DNA of 64,000 nt from assembly GCF_036321535.1 (NCBI RefSeq), contig NC_087438.1, positions 7,876,001 to 7,940,000 of the forward strand, read 5' to 3'. The position numbers and the translations under genes were made by a program. This DNA comes from Camelus dromedarius. Taxonomy: Eukaryota. Within the stretch, counting starts at the first letter, position 1. Every line of letters begins with the position of its first letter. This document shows, piece after piece, positions 61,123 to 64,000 of the stretch. The notes beneath the pieces are model-generated. The model had not been told where the DNA came from. It worked only from the letters and a program-made list of their open reading frames with translations, and ran no database searches.

Positions 61123-64000
61123 ATAACTTTGGAGCTCTTTGGAGACTAAAGCATTAAATCAACGGTCCTAATGCTAGTGCGTAAAGTAGTTAAACTGAGG
61201 CTTGTCTGCTTAATTAAAAGGAAAGACTATCTGGGTATACGAAGCATAAGATGAAAGAAATCTTGCTCTCGGAGAAGTGGAAGTCTTAAGACGCTTGCTT
61301 TCGACTGAAATACAACTTATTTATTAGGTCTTATGGTTTGATAAAAATGGCTTTATTATGATTTGGAAGGCATTCTGAAATCTTTAGTTGGGCATTCAAA
61401 ATTTAGGTTGATTATTTCCGTGTTTAGAGAGAGAAGAATTGTATTAGTCAAGCCCAAAGGACATGCGGCATCTCTAATCAAAGTTTATTTGCTTAGGAAC
61501 ATTTCAAGTAATGGCTAGCAGATAATAGCTTCAACTGGATTTAAATAAAATTCTGATCATCATCTCATGGCAATTATTGCATAGGAAGAAAATTATTTAT
61601 TGCAAGGCCTAACAGGCAGTGGCAAAATATATTCCACTATGAATAGATACTGCAGTGCAAACAGGCAGCTGTTTTTTTAAGCATGCGTGGTTATGTGTTG
61701 AATGTAAATGAATGTAAATACCTCAATTTCTAACATTCTATTGTTCAAACAGTTTGCCAAGGAATCCTCAGTACATAATTTAAAGCTCTGCAAGATCATT
61801 TATTTCTTTTAGTCTTTTATTGTTTATAATTTTTTGCTCCAGATCCTTCTGGATATATGGCCTAAGTGTAATCTAAAGTCTGGTTTATCAACAAGCTTTT
61901 TTTTTTTTTAATTACTAAAATTGTTCTTCTGAGTATTTGTTTACAAAACATCCTAGTTTGTAAACATCTAGGGAGGAATTCAAAGCCTACATAACTCTCC
62001 CTTATATTATAATGCTTTTTCAACACACACCTGTTTTCAAGAGTTCACTAACGTGCAGGAAGAACATGACACAAAAAACTCTGAGCATGAGAGGGGACCA
62101 GAACATCCCTACTCCTTGCTGAACTCCGTTTTAGGTCTGCTGAAAAGTGACAAAGGAAGTCAAGGGCACAGTTCCTTGTTTTATTTAATTCATGCAAGCA
62201 TGTCTAACCTAATTCCAGAGAAGTTTCTGAGGAGGGTCCTGGTGACAACGAAGTGAACGGATCCTTTGTCCTCTTACCCTCTACTCCACCCTCCAGAGCC
62301 ATGGACTCTTTTTCTGCTCGTCTGTCTGGTTAAGTTTCTAAAACATGGACACGTTTGCCAGGGACAACGCTCTTAATGATTTGCAGCCAGTAATGCAAGG
62401 GTGTGACAGTTCACAGCGGGGCCCCCAACCATAAGTGGGCGCTGGCGTAAACATCAAGGCGGCTGTGCCGGGCTGGGTCAGCTGACCGCCAGCCCCCCAC
62501 GTGCAGATATATGGTCAAGGCTCAGCACACACCTGACACCATAGATGTTCAAAAGCATTTGAGAAACCAGCGACTAAGGAATGAATGAAGGGCCTGGACT
62601 CACTGGAGTAAAAATTTCATCCTACTTAGGTAGAGACAAGAGTCTCAGAGGAGAGGAAAGAGACTAGCACATAAGAGAAATGGAGGATTGGATGACCTTG
62701 AGGTTAAATCGAGTTCAGTGTGCTGGATTCCTAAAGCCTGCAGGCGCCGACAGGATCCCAGCTTTCATAGCTCGCTCTGGCAGATGAGCGCGGCTGCTGC
62801 TGAAGATGAAAACGACTTTCAGGCTCTTGGAGGTGAATCCATTTGCCTCATTTTACCTCTGCAGCAGGCAGTGGAGTCAGCTTTGGCTAGATCTGCATCT
62901 TGATGCTCTGTTGAAAAGGAAGTCGGCACGCCCGGGTCCCGCCAGTGTGGGCATTTGGAAGGTTCTGTTACTGCAGCCTGGCCTGCAGCGGCGCCCCCTT
63001 CCCGTCGGAACGCTCTCCTACGTGCTCCCTTCCAGTCTCCTCTTCTAGAGTGGTACTTGGCCAAGGTGCTTGCTGTTTTTCCCTCACACTGCACCCATCA
63101 TCTAGTTATTCCATCCATAGTTATCAGCATGGCGACCCCAGTGACCGTGAGCTTCAGCGAGCCTAAATGCTTTGACCACTTGTTTTTCTTTGAAAAAGGT
63201 GAAATTCATGTCCGAAGTTCAGCCATGCACGGTAAGAGCCTACCTCTGGCGAGGCAGAACGACACACCCGCTGAAGTAGCAACAGCCACTGTCACCCTGC
63301 ATCCTTCCCGCTCCGACGGCTCGGATGGTGTCGGAGCAGAAGACGGCGTTTCTTCTAGGAGGGGCGGCAGAGAGTGTCTGGGCCACCCGCTCATGCGGAT
63401 GAAGAAACAGTGGGTGCAAACCTTGGTTCTTCTCAAAAGGGGGAGAGTAAGTGTAGTAAGTACGAGCGTCGTTCCTACAGCCAAAGCTTCGCCGGGAAGG
63501 GAAGCTTGCTGACGTTCGGAAGAGTTCATCTGCCTCTGGCTGTTTCCTAATGGGGCTCACAGAGAAGCTCCGGATGTTACGCAGGTGCAGGTGATGGGTG
63601 GCGCCCAGCACCTGTCGGAGCAGCGCTGAGGGCAACGGGGTAGCCGGCCGTCAGTTCCTTCATTTCGGCTTCCGATGTCACACGAAGCACAGGGCGTGCC
63701 GTGAGGGCGATGTCGTGGGACAAAGGCATTGCTGCCAGCTCCTTTCTAACTGAAGCTGTCCATCACCTCAACCTTTTGCATGTGGCTGAGTTTCTTTGGC
63801 AATGAGATAAGCCACCGCAGAGAATGCTTGTAGACAAGGGTTTTGTGTTGGAGAAAATCCAAATTTTAGTAAAATCTAGTTCTTTCACATTATGAAGTGG
63901 AATAGGTATACAGCAGGATGTTCTTTGACTTGTGCTGGCCTCACATATCCATCGGCAAGGTCTTAATGCACAAAAGCACCATGGTGTTTGTTTTCCATCA

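Noticed and set aside
62955..63635. 185-aa ORF and overlapping ORFs as a possible gene or CTNND2 exon
   Set aside because: No similarity to delta-catenin or any protein I recognise.

Overview
Mammalian genomic DNA, most likely camelid (camel/alpaca/llama), judged from two short tRNA-Ala-derived Vic-1-type SINEs. The window lies inside the minus-strand gene CTNND2 (delta-catenin). It has exactly one recognisable host coding exon (17168->16985, 184 bp, armadillo-repeat region, probably exon 12), flanked by long introns with no neighbouring exon in view. The largest feature is a full-length, young but inactivated LINE-1 (37991-45093, antisense to the host gene). It has a CpG-island 5'UTR, ORF1, ORF2, an A-tail and a perfect 17-bp target-site duplication. 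The rest is ordinary intronic sequence with MaLR/ERV solo LTRs, L1/L2/HAL1 remnants, MIRs, DNA-transposon fossils and microsatellites. Apart from the L1 fragments, the ORF track is essentially noise. I found no demonstrable new biological system. The best leads are hypotheses: (i) an Ala->Thr change at a conserved small-residue position of delta-catenin; (ii) an antisense promoter/ORF0-like arrangement in the L1 5'UTR pointing toward the CTNND2 exon; (iii) a TDP-43-style cryptic poison exon 3.7 kb downstream of that exon. Repeat family names come from my recollection of consensus sequences, not from a search, and boundaries of old repeats are approximate.
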